Shown here: piece after piece, positions 26,482-37,200 of the stretch
Numbering within the stretch: the stretch's first letter is position 1
Layout: every line of letters starts with the position of its first letter
From: an uncultured Bacilli bacterium
GTDB taxonomy: Bacteria; Bacillota_I; Bacilli_A; RF39; UBA660
Assembly (NCBI GenBank): GCA_947585065.1
Contig: CANPWX010000002.1
Location: 1 to 43,002, forward strand
Direction: 5' to 3'
Length of the DNA stretch: 43,002 nt
Made by a program: the position numbers and the translations under genes
Notes under the pieces: model-generated
What the model saw: the letters and a program-made list of their open reading frames with translations, nothing else
The model's database searches: none
Told to the model about the DNA's origin: nothing

Positions 26482-27392
26482 AAAAAATAATTGCATTAAT
26501 CATTGGCATTCCAACTTTAATTATTGGGGTATTAGCAGTAATTGTTTTTTCAGCAATACTAATTGTCTTAGATTTTTTTGGAAGTTCTACTACCGATGGG
26601 TATGTTGAAAATAATAACATTTATGCAGATTCTTATAAACAAGTTTTGAATGAACATATTACCCAAAAACAAGATGGGTATGTATCGTTAGAAAGAATTT
26701 TGTATTTTTATCAAAGAAACGATCGACTGACATTTGAAAAAATCTATGAGCAAAATTTAGATACGGAACTTAAAAGAATGAAACCAATAAGTAGTGTTTG
26801 TAATTTTATGGAATACAAATATTTTACTGGTTGTGATCCAATAGAAATTAAAAATAGTGGACAGATAGATGATTACCAAGCAAAAATATTTTCCAAACCC
26901 ATTGATTTTAGTAAAACAACAATTACATCGTTTTTTATGCAAGAACGCATTGTTTATGGAACATATAATGTCCATAAGGCATGGGACTTTGCTAGTCCTG
27001 CTGAAACAGAAGTTTATGCGGTATGTGATGGAACAATTAAGAAAGTTTCCTTTCCATATCAAGAAAATGTGATTGATGTTGCAGGCGGTTATGGAAATCA
27101 TATTGTGTTAGAATGCACCAATGAAGACACAAAATATTATGTAACTTATGGGCATTTATTTCCAAAAAGTAACAAAGTGCAAGTAGGAGATACTGTGACA
27201 CAAAATCAAGTAATTGCAACTGTTGGAACAACAGGATACTCCACAGGAAATCATTTGCATTTCCAAGTTCAGAAAGAAGATAATACTTACATTGATGGAA
27301 TGAGTTTTATTAATTTTGTTGATACAAAAGATGAGGGATATCAATCAACAAATCCATTATTAGATCCTTCTAAAGGATTAGTAGAACATTAA
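26478..27392 (+). CDS. membrane-anchored M23 (lysostaphin-type) peptidoglycan hydrolase, VirB1 functional analog
   Basis: N-terminal TM helix. HKAWDF (HxxxD) and GNHLHFQV (HxH) M23 motifs. Confidence 0.8.
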   Translation: MKKIIALIIGIPTLIIGVLAVIVFSAILIVLDFFGSSTTDGYVENNNIYADSYKQVLNEHITQKQDGYVSLERILYFYQRNDRLTFEKIYEQNLDTELKRMKPISSVCNFMEYKYFTGCDPIEIKNSGQIDDYQAKIFSKPIDFSKTTITSFFMQERIVYGTYNVHKAWDFASPAETEVYAVCDGTIKKVSFPYQENVIDVAGGYGNHIVLECTNEDTKYYVTYGHLFPKSNKVQVGDTVTQNQVIATVGTTGYSTGNHLHFQVQKEDNTYIDGMSFINFVDTKDEGYQSTNPLLDPSKGLVEH

Positions 27393-27439
27393 ATTTAAAA
27401 AAAATATTTGAGTTGCTGGCAAGAAAAAAATAATAAAGA

Positions 27440-27700
27440 AAATAGGTGGCATATTCGCCATCACTTTTCATAAATAAAAAGATAAATAGTGAAAGGAAAT
27501 TATTTCTAGTTCGCCATCAAAAACAAAATGTTTTGAAGTCATTTTTGCAAGTGCAAAAATAGTAGACACCACGAGAAAGTGCTGATTTATCGTAGCAAAT
27601 AAACGCGAGTGGTGTCCTTCCCTTATGCTCATTGATAAAACACTTAATAATGCGACAAAATTAAATGAAAAGTGATGGCGAACTAGAAAACAAATGGAGG
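27440..27700. promoter_or_regulatory. candidate oriT / relaxosome assembly region
   Basis: Longest intergenic gap in the operon and locally GC-richer. 27665-27689 is the inverted complement of both 27454-27471 and 27503-27519. Palindrome atttttgca-ag-tgcaaaaat at 27541-27560. Stem gacaccac/gtggtgtc at 27565-27616. Directly upstream of the RHH-RHH-relaxase genes. Confidence 0.6.
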
Positions 27701-27710
27701 AGGTATGTGT

Positions 27711-27908
27711 ATGAAAATTGTAAGAGTAACTTTTCGTTTACCCTCAGAACTTTGGAGTAAATGTAGAATACTTGCTGAAGAAAACGATATAAGTTTAAAT
27801 AAACAGTTTATTGAATTGATAAGGTTTGGCATTCAATCATTTTTAGAAAAAAGAACAGAATATCAAGAAAATGTGAGAGGAAAAAATCATGAAAGAAAAT
27901 CAAATTAA
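27711..27908 (+). CDS. ribbon-helix-helix protein (auxiliary relaxosome candidate 1)
   Basis: KIVRVTFRLPSELWSKCRILAEENDISLNKQFIELIRFGI is a typical RHH layout (beta strand plus two helices). GGAGGAGG lies 7 nt before the ATG at 27711. Confidence 0.65.
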   Translation: MKIVRVTFRLPSELWSKCRILAEENDISLNKQFIELIRFGIQSFLEKRTEYQENVRGKNHERKSN

Positions 27909-28251
27909 AACTACCTTTCGGTTAAGTGAAACAAATAGTAATGCTTTAAAATATACTGCTAAGAAAAATCATATTACAGTAAATAAACTGATGAATGAAA
28001 TTATTTCTTATCAAATGAAAGATTTAGAAAAAATTAATAACAAAGATAATATTAATCAAATTATGAATAAGTTAGAACAATTAGAAAAAAGTTTAATTGA
28101 TTTACAAAAAAGTAATATTTTTCAAAAAGAATTATTAAAACAACTTTTTATCAATAGTGGTTTTCCGAAAAATCGAAATTCAAAAGAAGATCCAGTCTAT
28201 CAAGAATTTATAAAACAAAAATATGACAAAAACACCGAGAATAATATTTAA
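27889..28251 (+). CDS. ribbon-helix-helix protein with coiled-coil tail (auxiliary relaxosome candidate 2)
   Basis: IKTTFRLSETNSNALKYTAKKNHITVNKLMNEIISYQM. Overlaps both neighbours. Confidence 0.6.
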   Translation: MKENQIKTTFRLSETNSNALKYTAKKNHITVNKLMNEIISYQMKDLEKINNKDNINQIMNKLEQLEKSLIDLQKSNIFQKELLKQLFINSGFPKNRNSKEDPVYQEFIKQKYDKNTENNI

Positions 28252-29599
28252 ATCAAAATATTTTTATGGCTATAATAATCCTGATAACATTGCAAAAAAG
28301 AATTTACCGAAAGAAGAATATTACAAAGAACAATTAACACAAAATATTTTGAATATGACTGACTATTATTCTGATAAAGAAAAAAGAGTAGTCAATATGA
28401 TTTCCTATTATATGGGAAGTAGACAAGAAGAAAATGTAAATATGGTTTTAGAAAACGGAAAATATGCTACGGAAAAAGATGTAAAAAAATTAGAAAAAGA
28501 CTTTATAAAAGCAATAGAAAATTCTAATTTATGGCAAGGAATTTTATCCTTTGATAATGATTGGTTAAATCAAAAAATTGAAATTAAAGAATTAGAGCAA
28601 CTGATTGCAAAAGAAGTTTTACCTAAGTTTCTAAAGAAATGTGGTTTTGAAGATATGAAAAAAATGAGATACTGTTTTTCACTACATGGAAATACAGATA
28701 ACATTCATATTCATTTAGCGTTTGTAGAACTTGCTCCAAATTATAAAAATAGAGATGGAAAGTTGATGTATAGAAGAAAAGGACAATTCACAGAAGAAGA
28801 AAAAAATTTTATTAAAAATGAAACTTTAATTGCAATTGAAAGAAAAACTTTGGTAACTCCAAAAATTATGGAATTAAATCAAGACATTGAACATTTAAAA
28901 ACTTTTTTTAATCCAAAAGAAAAAAACTTTATTTTAAAAGATAGTAAGAATTTGTTGATGGAAGAAAAAATGTTTCAACTAGGATTACTGGTTCAACAAT
29001 ATCGTGGAATAAAAGAATCTAAAAAAGTAAAATATGGATCAATTAAAAATAATAAATTAGGAAAAGAAATAAAACTACTTACAAAAGATATTAAAGAATC
29101 TTTGTTTCAAGATAAAACTTCTGAACTTTATCATAAACAACTAGAGGTAAAGGAAAGTTTAAAGAAATTAAATGATCTATATCAAAAGTTAAATGAAGAC
29201 AATCATATTGAAACAAAAGTTAAAAATAATGAATTAATTCTTACAAAGGAAAAATATATTGATAATTATATAATGAATGCAATTATCAATCATGCTCTTT
29301 TTCGTACAAATCAAGTTCAAAATGTCGTAAAAACAAAAGATACCAAAGAAAGAATTACTTTAGATGATTTACTACAAGAAGTTGCTTTTCAAAATTCAAA
29401 AAAGTTTTCGCAAACCAATTATAAAGTACAAATACTTAATAATTATTTTTATAATTCAGATAGGAAAAGTCGTTACAGATTAAATTATGAAATGCAAAGG
29501 GCTGTAAAACATATAAATAATGAAATGGAGCAAAGTGCAAAAGATTTCCACGAGTTATTTGAAAACGATAGTCCTAAAAAAACTTCTATAAATATTTAA
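28223..29599 (+). CDS. conjugative relaxase (HxH metal-binding motif, MOB-L-like by context)
   Basis: FSLHGNTDNIHIHLAFVE resembles the relaxase H-x-D-x(3)-H-x-H motif. 458 aa, preceded by two RHH genes and a structured gap. Confidence 0.6.
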   Translation: MTKTPRIIFKSKYFYGYNNPDNIAKKNLPKEEYYKEQLTQNILNMTDYYSDKEKRVVNMISYYMGSRQEENVNMVLENGKYATEKDVKKLEKDFIKAIENSNLWQGILSFDNDWLNQKIEIKELEQLIAKEVLPKFLKKCGFEDMKKMRYCFSLHGNTDNIHIHLAFVELAPNYKNRDGKLMYRRKGQFTEEEKNFIKNETLIAIERKTLVTPKIMELNQDIEHLKTFFNPKEKNFILKDSKNLLMEEKMFQLGLLVQQYRGIKESKKVKYGSIKNNKLGKEIKLLTKDIKESLFQDKTSELYHKQLEVKESLKKLNDLYQKLNEDNHIETKVKNNELILTKEKYIDNYIMNAIINHALFRTNQVQNVVKTKDTKERITLDDLLQEVAFQNSKKFSQTNYKVQILNNYFYNSDRKSRYRLNYEMQRAVKHINNEMEQSAKDFHELFENDSPKKTSINI

Positions 29600-29675
29600 A
29601 TAGTGTTCAATGTTATTTAAAGTTTAAAACGAATTATCACTAAAGTTGTTTTAATGATAAAAGAGAGGTAGAGAA

Positions 29676-29834
29676 GTGTTAGATAAAATATTGATTATAA
29701 TGTTTATTAGTTTTCTAATTCTATCTTTCGTTCTTATATTATATTGTGCGTGCAAGGTATCAAGTATATGTTCAAGAATAGAAGAATTGGAAAAAAATGT
29801 AGAAAATAATAGAAAAAATGTAAAGGGGGATTGA
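29676..29834 (+). CDS. unlisted 52-aa single-TM protein (GTG start)
   Basis: GAGAGGTAGAGAA then GTG. VLDKILIIMFISFLILSFVLILYCACK plus charged tail IEELEKNVENNRKNVKGD. Same strand as the operon and fills the 29600-29838 gap. Confidence 0.45.
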   Translation: MLDKILIIMFISFLILSFVLILYCACKVSSICSRIEELEKNVENNRKNVKGD

Positions 29835-29838
29835 AAAT

Positions 29839-31011
29839 ATGGAACAATTATTAAAAGAATACAAAACATTGCCTAATGATGTTAAGGAGCATTTAGTAGA
29901 TATGAGTTGCTTTAAAACTTGTTATGATAGAGATGAGAATATTTCTGATGATATGGTTGTTTTGATAACAAGTCTTGCAAAAGAATGCTGGTTAGATGAT
30001 GAGTACGGTAAAGCAAGTGCAGATTATTATGCAGAGTATCTTTTGGATGCAGTTTATGATTATCATGCAACAAAAAAGCAAATAGAGAATTTAGAGTCTT
30101 ATGATATTGTTGAAAAATTTAATAATGAAGCAAGTGCAGGAGAACTTTTAAAATTTGATATAAGTGACAAAGAATATTTATGTACAACTACTGATAATAA
30201 TAAATATTATGCTACGGAAGATGGTTTATATGTAGTTAATAGTCGAGATATTGTAATTCAAGAACCACATCCAATGGAAGATGATCTGGATATTATATTT
30301 TCTTTATTAAATGAAAATAAAATTTCATATATGCCTTTATCTACTCATTATCATATAAGATGTATGATAAAAGATGATATAATGGGCAATACAGAACTTG
30401 AAAAAAAATACCAAAAAGGTATAAACAATTATAAAAATTACTGTAGAGAAAGATTTATTACAAGTAAAGACATTCAAAGAGTAGTTGGTGAAAATAAGGA
30501 TATGGATATTTTTGAAGAGGATAATTTATATTCGGAAAAGAATAAATTATTTAGGTTAAAAGAAGTTAGGAGTAGACTAACAGAAAAAGACATAAATAAA
30601 TATTCCTATGTTGCTTCACTTGATAATGGAATAGATTATTACTTATGCGAAGATAAATATGTTGCTATAGACAAAAATTTTGTTATGAAAGAATTTAAAA
30701 ATAAAGATTTACTTTTACTAGATGAATTAAAAGGAATACATAAATTTGCATATTTAAGTGAGAGTGAATCCAAAAAAATTGCAAATAGTATTACAAAACA
30801 ATATTTCAAAAATGGTTTTAATAAAAAATGGTCTATACCAAATTTAGAAAATTATTTACAATATGAAAATAATAAGGAACTGAATTCGTTTAAAAGTCAG
30901 TTTGTAATGTCAGAAATAACGAGAGAAATTTCACGTATAAATAATCAAAAGAATATTCAAAAAAAAGTAAAAAATGATTATTCATTGCATGATAAAAATA
31001 TCGAGATGTAA
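29839..31011 (+). CDS. hypothetical protein
   Basis: AAAGGGGGA RBS. 390 aa. Possible internal duplication (YYATEDGLYVV... / YYLCEDKYVAI...). Confidence 0.5.
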   Translation: MEQLLKEYKTLPNDVKEHLVDMSCFKTCYDRDENISDDMVVLITSLAKECWLDDEYGKASADYYAEYLLDAVYDYHATKKQIENLESYDIVEKFNNEASAGELLKFDISDKEYLCTTTDNNKYYATEDGLYVVNSRDIVIQEPHPMEDDLDIIFSLLNENKISYMPLSTHYHIRCMIKDDIMGNTELEKKYQKGINNYKNYCRERFITSKDIQRVVGENKDMDIFEEDNLYSEKNKLFRLKEVRSRLTEKDINKYSYVASLDNGIDYYLCEDKYVAIDKNFVMKEFKNKDLLLLDELKGIHKFAYLSESESKKIANSITKQYFKNGFNKKWSIPNLENYLQYENNKELNSFKSQFVMSEITREISRINNQKNIQKKVKNDYSLHDKNIEM

Positions 31012-31025
31012 GGGGGTTAGATAAT

Positions 31026-31268
31026 ATGGATTTTTTAAAGTTAAATAGTGAGTTTCAAAATTTACAAAAACAATTAGAAGAAAGTATAGTATTACAAAAG
31101 AAAGTAAAACAATTTATTAAAAAATTAGAAAAAGAAATTGAAAAATTAAATCAAAAGCAAAATACAGAAAAAGATATCTTAGAAAAAGCAATTATAGAGT
31201 ATAAAATGGAATTTTTAAAGAAACAAAAAAATGATTTAGATACAATAATTGTTATAAAAGAGAGTTAA
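31026..31268 (+). CDS. small coiled-coil protein
   Basis: 80 aa, heptad-like K/E/L-rich sequence. AAGGGGG RBS. Confidence 0.5.
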   Translation: MDFLKLNSEFQNLQKQLEESIVLQKKVKQFIKKLEKEIEKLNQKQNTEKDILEKAIIEYKMEFLKKQKNDLDTIIVIKES

Positions 31269-31271
31269 AAT

Positions 31272-33371
31272 ATGTCAGTAAAAATAATTATAATTATTTT
31301 TTTATCTATAATTATGGTATTAGTGCTATATATGGAACCATTTTTAATAAAAATTCGATTAAAAAATAATAATGAACATGGATCTGCTAGATGGTCAACC
31401 AAAAGAGAAATCAAAAGGAATTTTACAAAAGAAAATTTAAATCATATTAATAAAGTTGGGTTTCCAATTTATTTTGATAAAAATTTAAAATATGTTTGGT
31501 TTGATAATGAAACTCCACATTGGTGTTATCTTGGTAGTAGTGGAAGTGGTAAATCCTCAACGAGTGTATTGCCACTTTGCTCTTTTATTGCAAATGCAAA
31601 AATACATAGATCTGTATTTATTACAGATCCAAAAGCAGAAATTTTCACAAAAACAAGTAAAATGTTTAAAGAAAAAGGATATGAAGTAATTACTATTGAT
31701 TTTAGAACTCCTGAAAAGTCAAACAAAATTAATTTGCTTGAGCCATGTATTATAGAATATGAACAGTACATGAGTTATGAAAAACAAGCTAATAATATGG
31801 AAGTAGAGTTAAATAAAATGAAAAAAAGACTTTCTATACTGGAACAAGAAATACAACTTTTGAAAGAAAATAATGATCAAGAGGAAGAAATATTGTCATT
31901 ATTAAAAAAGAAATTGCATAAATTGGAAAAAAGTATAGAACAGAAAAAAAGAGAAAAAATGGATTTTGAAAATGATTCTATGTTTCATTATGCAGAATGT
32001 AATCGACTTATTACTTCTATAAGTGGAATGATAATGAATGAAAAAAACGCAAGAGATCCATTTTGGAATAATTCAGCAAGAAGTTTACTAGAAGGAATTA
32101 TTGGATTATTTTTAGAAGATTATAAAGATAAGAAAATAACAAGAAATCAAATTACACTTTCTTCTATAAAAAAATTTCAAAATAGTTCTATGACAGAAGA
32201 AAATGCCGAAATATTAAAAGATTATATTAATGAAAAACCTTATGGATCTAAAAGTAAAGATAGCTTAGTATCTATTTTATCAAGTAGCGAAAATACTTAT
32301 AAATCGATTACAAGTGTATTTAATGAAAGAATGTCTTTGTTTGATGATGTAAATGTGGAAAATATTATTTCTTCTTCTGATTTTCCTTTAGATATATTAG
32401 GAAGAAAACCTACGGCAATGTATATTATTGTACCAGATGAAGAAAAGATGTATTACAATCTAATTACTATTATAGTGGGACTTTTATATCGTGAGGTAAC
32501 AAAATATGCAAACCAACAAGAAAATAAAAAAGTAAAAGTGGAAATAGATTGGATACTTGATGAGTTTGCAAATTGCCCACCACTTCCTGATATGGAAACC
32601 ATTATTTCAGTAGCGCGTTCCAGAGGATTACGTTTTCATTTATACATTCAATCTTTTGCTCAACTTAATAATGTTTATGGAAGAGATGTTGCTCAAACAA
32701 TTCTTGATAACTGTGGACTTGCCTATTTAAAAACTAATACTCAAGAAACAGCAGAGGCAATAAGTAAATTACTGGGTGTTCAAACTTTAGAAGTGAATTC
32801 CATTAATTACTCTATCAATTCATTACAAAATAATGGAAGTAAAAGTTCTAGTTTAATTGGCAGACCACTTCTTACGGCAGATGAAATAAAACAATTGCAT
32901 TATAAAACAATTCTGTTTCCTATAATAGGACATCCTATTTTTCGCGATACAGTTTTTTATAAGAAATTTAAAATTTTTAAAGAGGGTAAAATAGAACGTA
33001 ATACTAGGCATTTACAGAAATTAACAAGTACCTATTATACTGTAGAAGATATTAGCAGTCAAAGAATTAAAGATGTGGATAATGAAGATAAAGAAATGGT
33101 AAATCAAAAAGAAAAACTTGATATACTAGTTGAAACTCTAAAAATCGAGCTAAACTCAGTAAAACATAATGTTGAATTTTTAACGGAAAATGATAAAGTG
33201 ATTTGTTTGATAGGTTTTTATAATTCCTTATCACAAATAAAACTTGGAAATATATTATCTAAAATTGATGGAACAAAATATATATTTACATTGAATGCCG
33301 AAGAAAATCCAAAATCAAAATATGAACAAGAATTGGAAATAATGATAAAAGAAAATAACGAGGGGGAATAA
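31272..33371 (+). CDS. VirD4/TraG-type type IV coupling protein
   Basis: N-terminal TM helix. Walker A LGSSGSGKSS, Walker B IDWILDEFAN. 699 aa. Confidence 0.85.
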   Translation: MSVKIIIIIFLSIIMVLVLYMEPFLIKIRLKNNNEHGSARWSTKREIKRNFTKENLNHINKVGFPIYFDKNLKYVWFDNETPHWCYLGSSGSGKSSTSVLPLCSFIANAKIHRSVFITDPKAEIFTKTSKMFKEKGYEVITIDFRTPEKSNKINLLEPCIIEYEQYMSYEKQANNMEVELNKMKKRLSILEQEIQLLKENNDQEEEILSLLKKKLHKLEKSIEQKKREKMDFENDSMFHYAECNRLITSISGMIMNEKNARDPFWNNSARSLLEGIIGLFLEDYKDKKITRNQITLSSIKKFQNSSMTEENAEILKDYINEKPYGSKSKDSLVSILSSSENTYKSITSVFNERMSLFDDVNVENIISSSDFPLDILGRKPTAMYIIVPDEEKMYYNLITIIVGLLYREVTKYANQQENKKVKVEIDWILDEFANCPPLPDMETIISVARSRGLRFHLYIQSFAQLNNVYGRDVAQTILDNCGLAYLKTNTQETAEAISKLLGVQTLEVNSINYSINSLQNNGSKSSSLIGRPLLTADEIKQLHYKTILFPIIGHPIFRDTVFYKKFKIFKEGKIERNTRHLQKLTSTYYTVEDISSQRIKDVDNEDKEMVNQKEKLDILVETLKIELNSVKHNVEFLTENDKVICLIGFYNSLSQIKLGNILSKIDGTKYIFTLNAEENPKSKYEQELEIMIKENNEGE

Positions 33372-33373
33372 AT

Positions 33374-33589
33374 ATGTACATTAAAAATTTTGGAAAAATT
33401 ATAAAGTATGAAAGAAAATGCTGGGGTATGAGTAAACGTAGACTTGCTTTTTTAAGTCACTGTGAAGTAGAACTGATAGAAGATATAGAATCTGGAAATG
33501 AAAAAAATCCAGATTTTTTTGTGATGTTAAATATTTGTGAAGTATTAGAAATTAGTATATTTAATTTGATGAAGAAAAGAAAGAAATAA
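33374..33589 (+). CDS. small XRE-type HTH protein
   Basis: MSKRRLAFLSHCEVELIEDIESG. GAGGGGGA RBS. Confidence 0.6.
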   Translation: MYIKNFGKIIKYERKCWGMSKRRLAFLSHCEVELIEDIESGNEKNPDFFVMLNICEVLEISIFNLMKKRKK

Positions 33590-33592
33590 AAC

Positions 33593-34210
33593 ATGAAAAA
33601 GAAAACAGTAATTTTAATTATATTGGGGATATTGGGTATTTTAATTGGAAGTTTTTTTGTAATTCATAGTTTTTATTTAGATCAAAAAGTAAAACAAGAA
33701 GATGTAGAAGAAATAGACAATTTTTTTGAGACTTTTACAGATAATGAAGAAGAAAATTTAAACGAAAATAGTGAAACACAAGTATCAAAAACAAAAGCAG
33801 AGATTTCTACAAATTATATTGCTGTAATAGAAATTCCAAAAATAAATTTAAAAACAGGAGTTGTTTGGAGTAATAAAAGTTTTAGTACTATGAATCGAAA
33901 TGTTAGTATTTATCCTACTTCTGTTTTACCAGATAAAGTAGGAAATTTAATTTTATTTGCTCACTCTGGTACTACAAGAGTAGGGTATTTTCACAACATT
34001 AATAAGTTACAAGAGAAAGATCCTATTTACTTATATTATAATCATCAGACATATATCTACAAGGTAGTAGAAATATGGGAAGTGTCTGCCGCAAATTATA
34101 CACCGTTAAAACAAACAGAGGAAAAAGTAATAACTTTAATTACCTGTAAAAGAGGAAATAACAAAAAAAGAATTGTAATAAGAGGGGAGTTGATAGATAG
34201 TGCAAAATAA
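33593..34210 (+). CDS. sortase
   Basis: N-terminal TM anchor, LILFAHSG (His), VITLITC (Cys), RIVIRGEL (Arg). Confidence 0.85.
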   Translation: MKKKTVILIILGILGILIGSFFVIHSFYLDQKVKQEDVEEIDNFFETFTDNEEENLNENSETQVSKTKAEISTNYIAVIEIPKINLKTGVVWSNKSFSTMNRNVSIYPTSVLPDKVGNLILFAHSGTTRVGYFHNINKLQEKDPIYLYYNHQTYIYKVVEIWEVSAANYTPLKQTEEKVITLITCKRGNNKKRIVIRGELIDSAK

Positions 34211-37200
34211 AATTTTATTAAATAGTAAAGAATTTCTAAAGTTTATAAAGTTTGCCTCACAGTTTTATAAAGCTAATTATTATAATATTGAAAATGTTCT
34301 TTATCTTTATAATGAATGTCCACATGGTCGAGCTTTTGGAACTTATGATGATTGGAATATGGTAGGAAGAAGAATTATTGCAAATAAACATGGCTATCGA
34401 TTGTTAAATAAAGAAAATTGGCGAGTTATAGTTTTTGATATTTCGCAAACATGGGGCAGAAAAATTCTTTTTAATCAGTTTGATAAAGAAAAAGCACCTA
34501 TTATTTTAGAATCTTTGCAAAATACACATCAATTAGAAAAAGAAAACAATATAACCTCAGAGGATACTTCAAAGCAATTTTTTGAAACAATCAGAAAAAT
34601 AGTTTTAAAAAAGATGAAAGAAAGCGATGATAATTTTAATGAAACAGATCAAAATTTCATATCCACATTATCATCATTATTTGTTCTTAATAAATGTAAT
34701 TACAATATTAACAATTACTATCAAGAAAATTTATTTGATGAATTAAAAAATCCAAATTATTTAGAATTGTTAGATATTTCTTATGATACTTATCGAAATT
34801 TAATGTTTGAAATTAAGGCATTAGAAAAAGAAATAAAAAAAGAAAAAGTTACTATTGAGGAAACAGTAGAAACAGAGAAAAATTTAGAAATAGAAACGAG
34901 AGAACTAAAGGAAGAAATAGCAGAGAAAATTACTGAGCAAAGAATAGATAACGAAGAATTAACGAATGAGCTTTCCGATTTTGTAAATGAGGAAGATAAT
35001 CAACAAGAAGTACAAGAGGAACCTTTAACACAAAGTTATCAACAACAGTTTGATTTATTTAATAACACGGTTACTGAAATAAAAGAAGAAAAGTTAAATA
35101 ATGAGGAAACAAAGATGGAAGATACTAACAAAAAACAAGATTATTATTATAGAACAGTAGAACAAACTTTAATTCCTACTTCTAATGGTATGACTTTGTC
35201 TGAAAAAAAATACAAGTATTATGACTTTAACGGTAACGAGATAAAAGATTACGAGGAGAAACATTCCAAACAAGATTATCATTTTGAAACAGATATTGAT
35301 TATGGTGGATCTAAGACAAAATTTTTAAATAATGTAAATGCAGTTAATTTATTGAAAACTTTGGAAAAAGAGAATAGAAGTGCTACGAAAGAAGAACAAG
35401 ATGTTTTAGCAAAATATACTGGTTGGGGTGGTATTCCTGAGGCATTTGATGAGAGAAAAGAAAATTGGATTAATGAATATCAACAACTGAAAGATATTCT
35501 GACACCAGATGAATATGAAAAAGCTAGAGAATCTACTTTAACAGCCTTTTATACACCCAATATTGTTATAAAATCAATATGGAATATTTTAGAAAGAATG
35601 GGTTTTCGTAAAGGAAACATTTTAGAACCATCTATGGGAATAGGAAACTTTTTTGGAAATATTCCAAAAAATATGGAAAATTCTAAACTATACGGAGTAG
35701 AACTAGATAGTATAAGTGGACAAATTGCCAAAAAATTATATCCAAATGCGGATATACAAATAAAAGGATACGAAGAAACTAATTTTCAAGATAATTTTTT
35801 CGATTTGATTATAAGCAATGTACCTTTTGGTAGTATTCCTATTTATGATAATAACTATAAAGAAAATAATTTATATATTCATGATTATTTTTTTAAAAAG
35901 TCTTTAGATAAAGTTCGTGCTGGAGGCATTATTGCATTTATCACTTCTACAGGAACATTAGACAAACAAGATAACCGTTTTAGAAAATATATTGCAGAAC
36001 GTGCAGATTTAATTGGTGCTTTTCGATTACCTTATGATGTCTTCAAGAAAATTGGAAACACGAAAGTTACTTCAGATGTTATTTTTTTAAAAAAGAAAGA
36101 TAAGTTAGAAATAAATGCAAATCCAAATTGGTTAGAGATTGGTAAAACGGAGGATGGAATTCCAATCAATAACTATTATCTTGAAAATCCTGATATGCTT
36201 TTAGGGAAAATGGATTATGATTATATGTATGGAAATGATCAATTTACGGTGCTAAAGTCATTGGAAAATAAAGAATTAAAAGATTTATTGCATAATATTG
36301 AAGAGAAATTTGCTAAGGATATTTATCACGAAATAGAAGAAACGAAAGACATTCAAGAAGAAATTTTACCAGCTATGCCAAATGTAAAAAACAATGCGTT
36401 TATTATAATAAATGACAAAATTTATCAACGAAATGATTCTGTGATGATACCTTTGAAAAATCAAGATGGAAAAAGTTGTGAACGAATTACAGGAATGATT
36501 CAGATTCGAGATTGTTTAAAAAAAGTTTTTGATATTCAATTAAAAAATGGCATTGATGAAGATTTACAGCAAGAACAAAATAAATTGAATAAAATTTATG
36601 ATCAATTTGTAAAAAAATACGGTAATTTAAATGATTCAGCAAATAGAAAAGTTTTTTCAGAAGATCCAGATTATTGTTTATTGACTTCTATTGAGGAAGA
36701 ATATAAAGAAGGAGATATCAAAAAGTTTAGAAAAGGTATAGTATTTTCTCAAAGAACGATAAGACCTATGAATTTAGAATTAAAGGCAGAAACAAGTATT
36801 GAGGCACTTACTATATCTTTAAATGAGAAAGGAAATGTAGATATTCCTTTTATATCTAACTTACTAAAGAAAAGCGAAAAAGAAGTTTTAGAAGAGTTAA
36901 ATGGATTGATATTTAAAGAACCAATTTTGTCACAGGATAGGGAAAAAGACTATTGGGTTACTTCAGCAGAGTATTTGAGTGGAAATGTTAGAGAAAAATT
37001 ACAACAAGCAGAATCATTAAATCAAGATGGTATGTATGATAAAAATATTGAAGCATTAAAAAGAGTACAACCAGAAGAAATAAAAGCAGAGGATATTGAT
37101 ATATCACTTGGTGCAGTATGGATACCGCCCAATATTATCAAAAAATTTTGTGTGGATTTGGTAGATATTCCTTATCAATACGAAGATAAACTACACATAG

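Noticed and set aside
22936-27344. Nested or antisense ORFs inside T4SS genes (22936-23145, 23702-23887, 26354-26620, 26757-27101, 26869-27072, 27037-27231, 27156-27344).
   Set aside because: All are embedded in motif-supported genes (VirB6-like, VirB4, M23 hydrolase) and lack an RBS.
29651-29869. 72-aa minus-strand ORF between the relaxase and the 390-aa gene.
   Set aside because: It is antisense to a 25-kb co-directional operon, overlaps the next gene's start and has no RBS. The + strand 52-codon ORF with RBS and TM helix is the better explanation.
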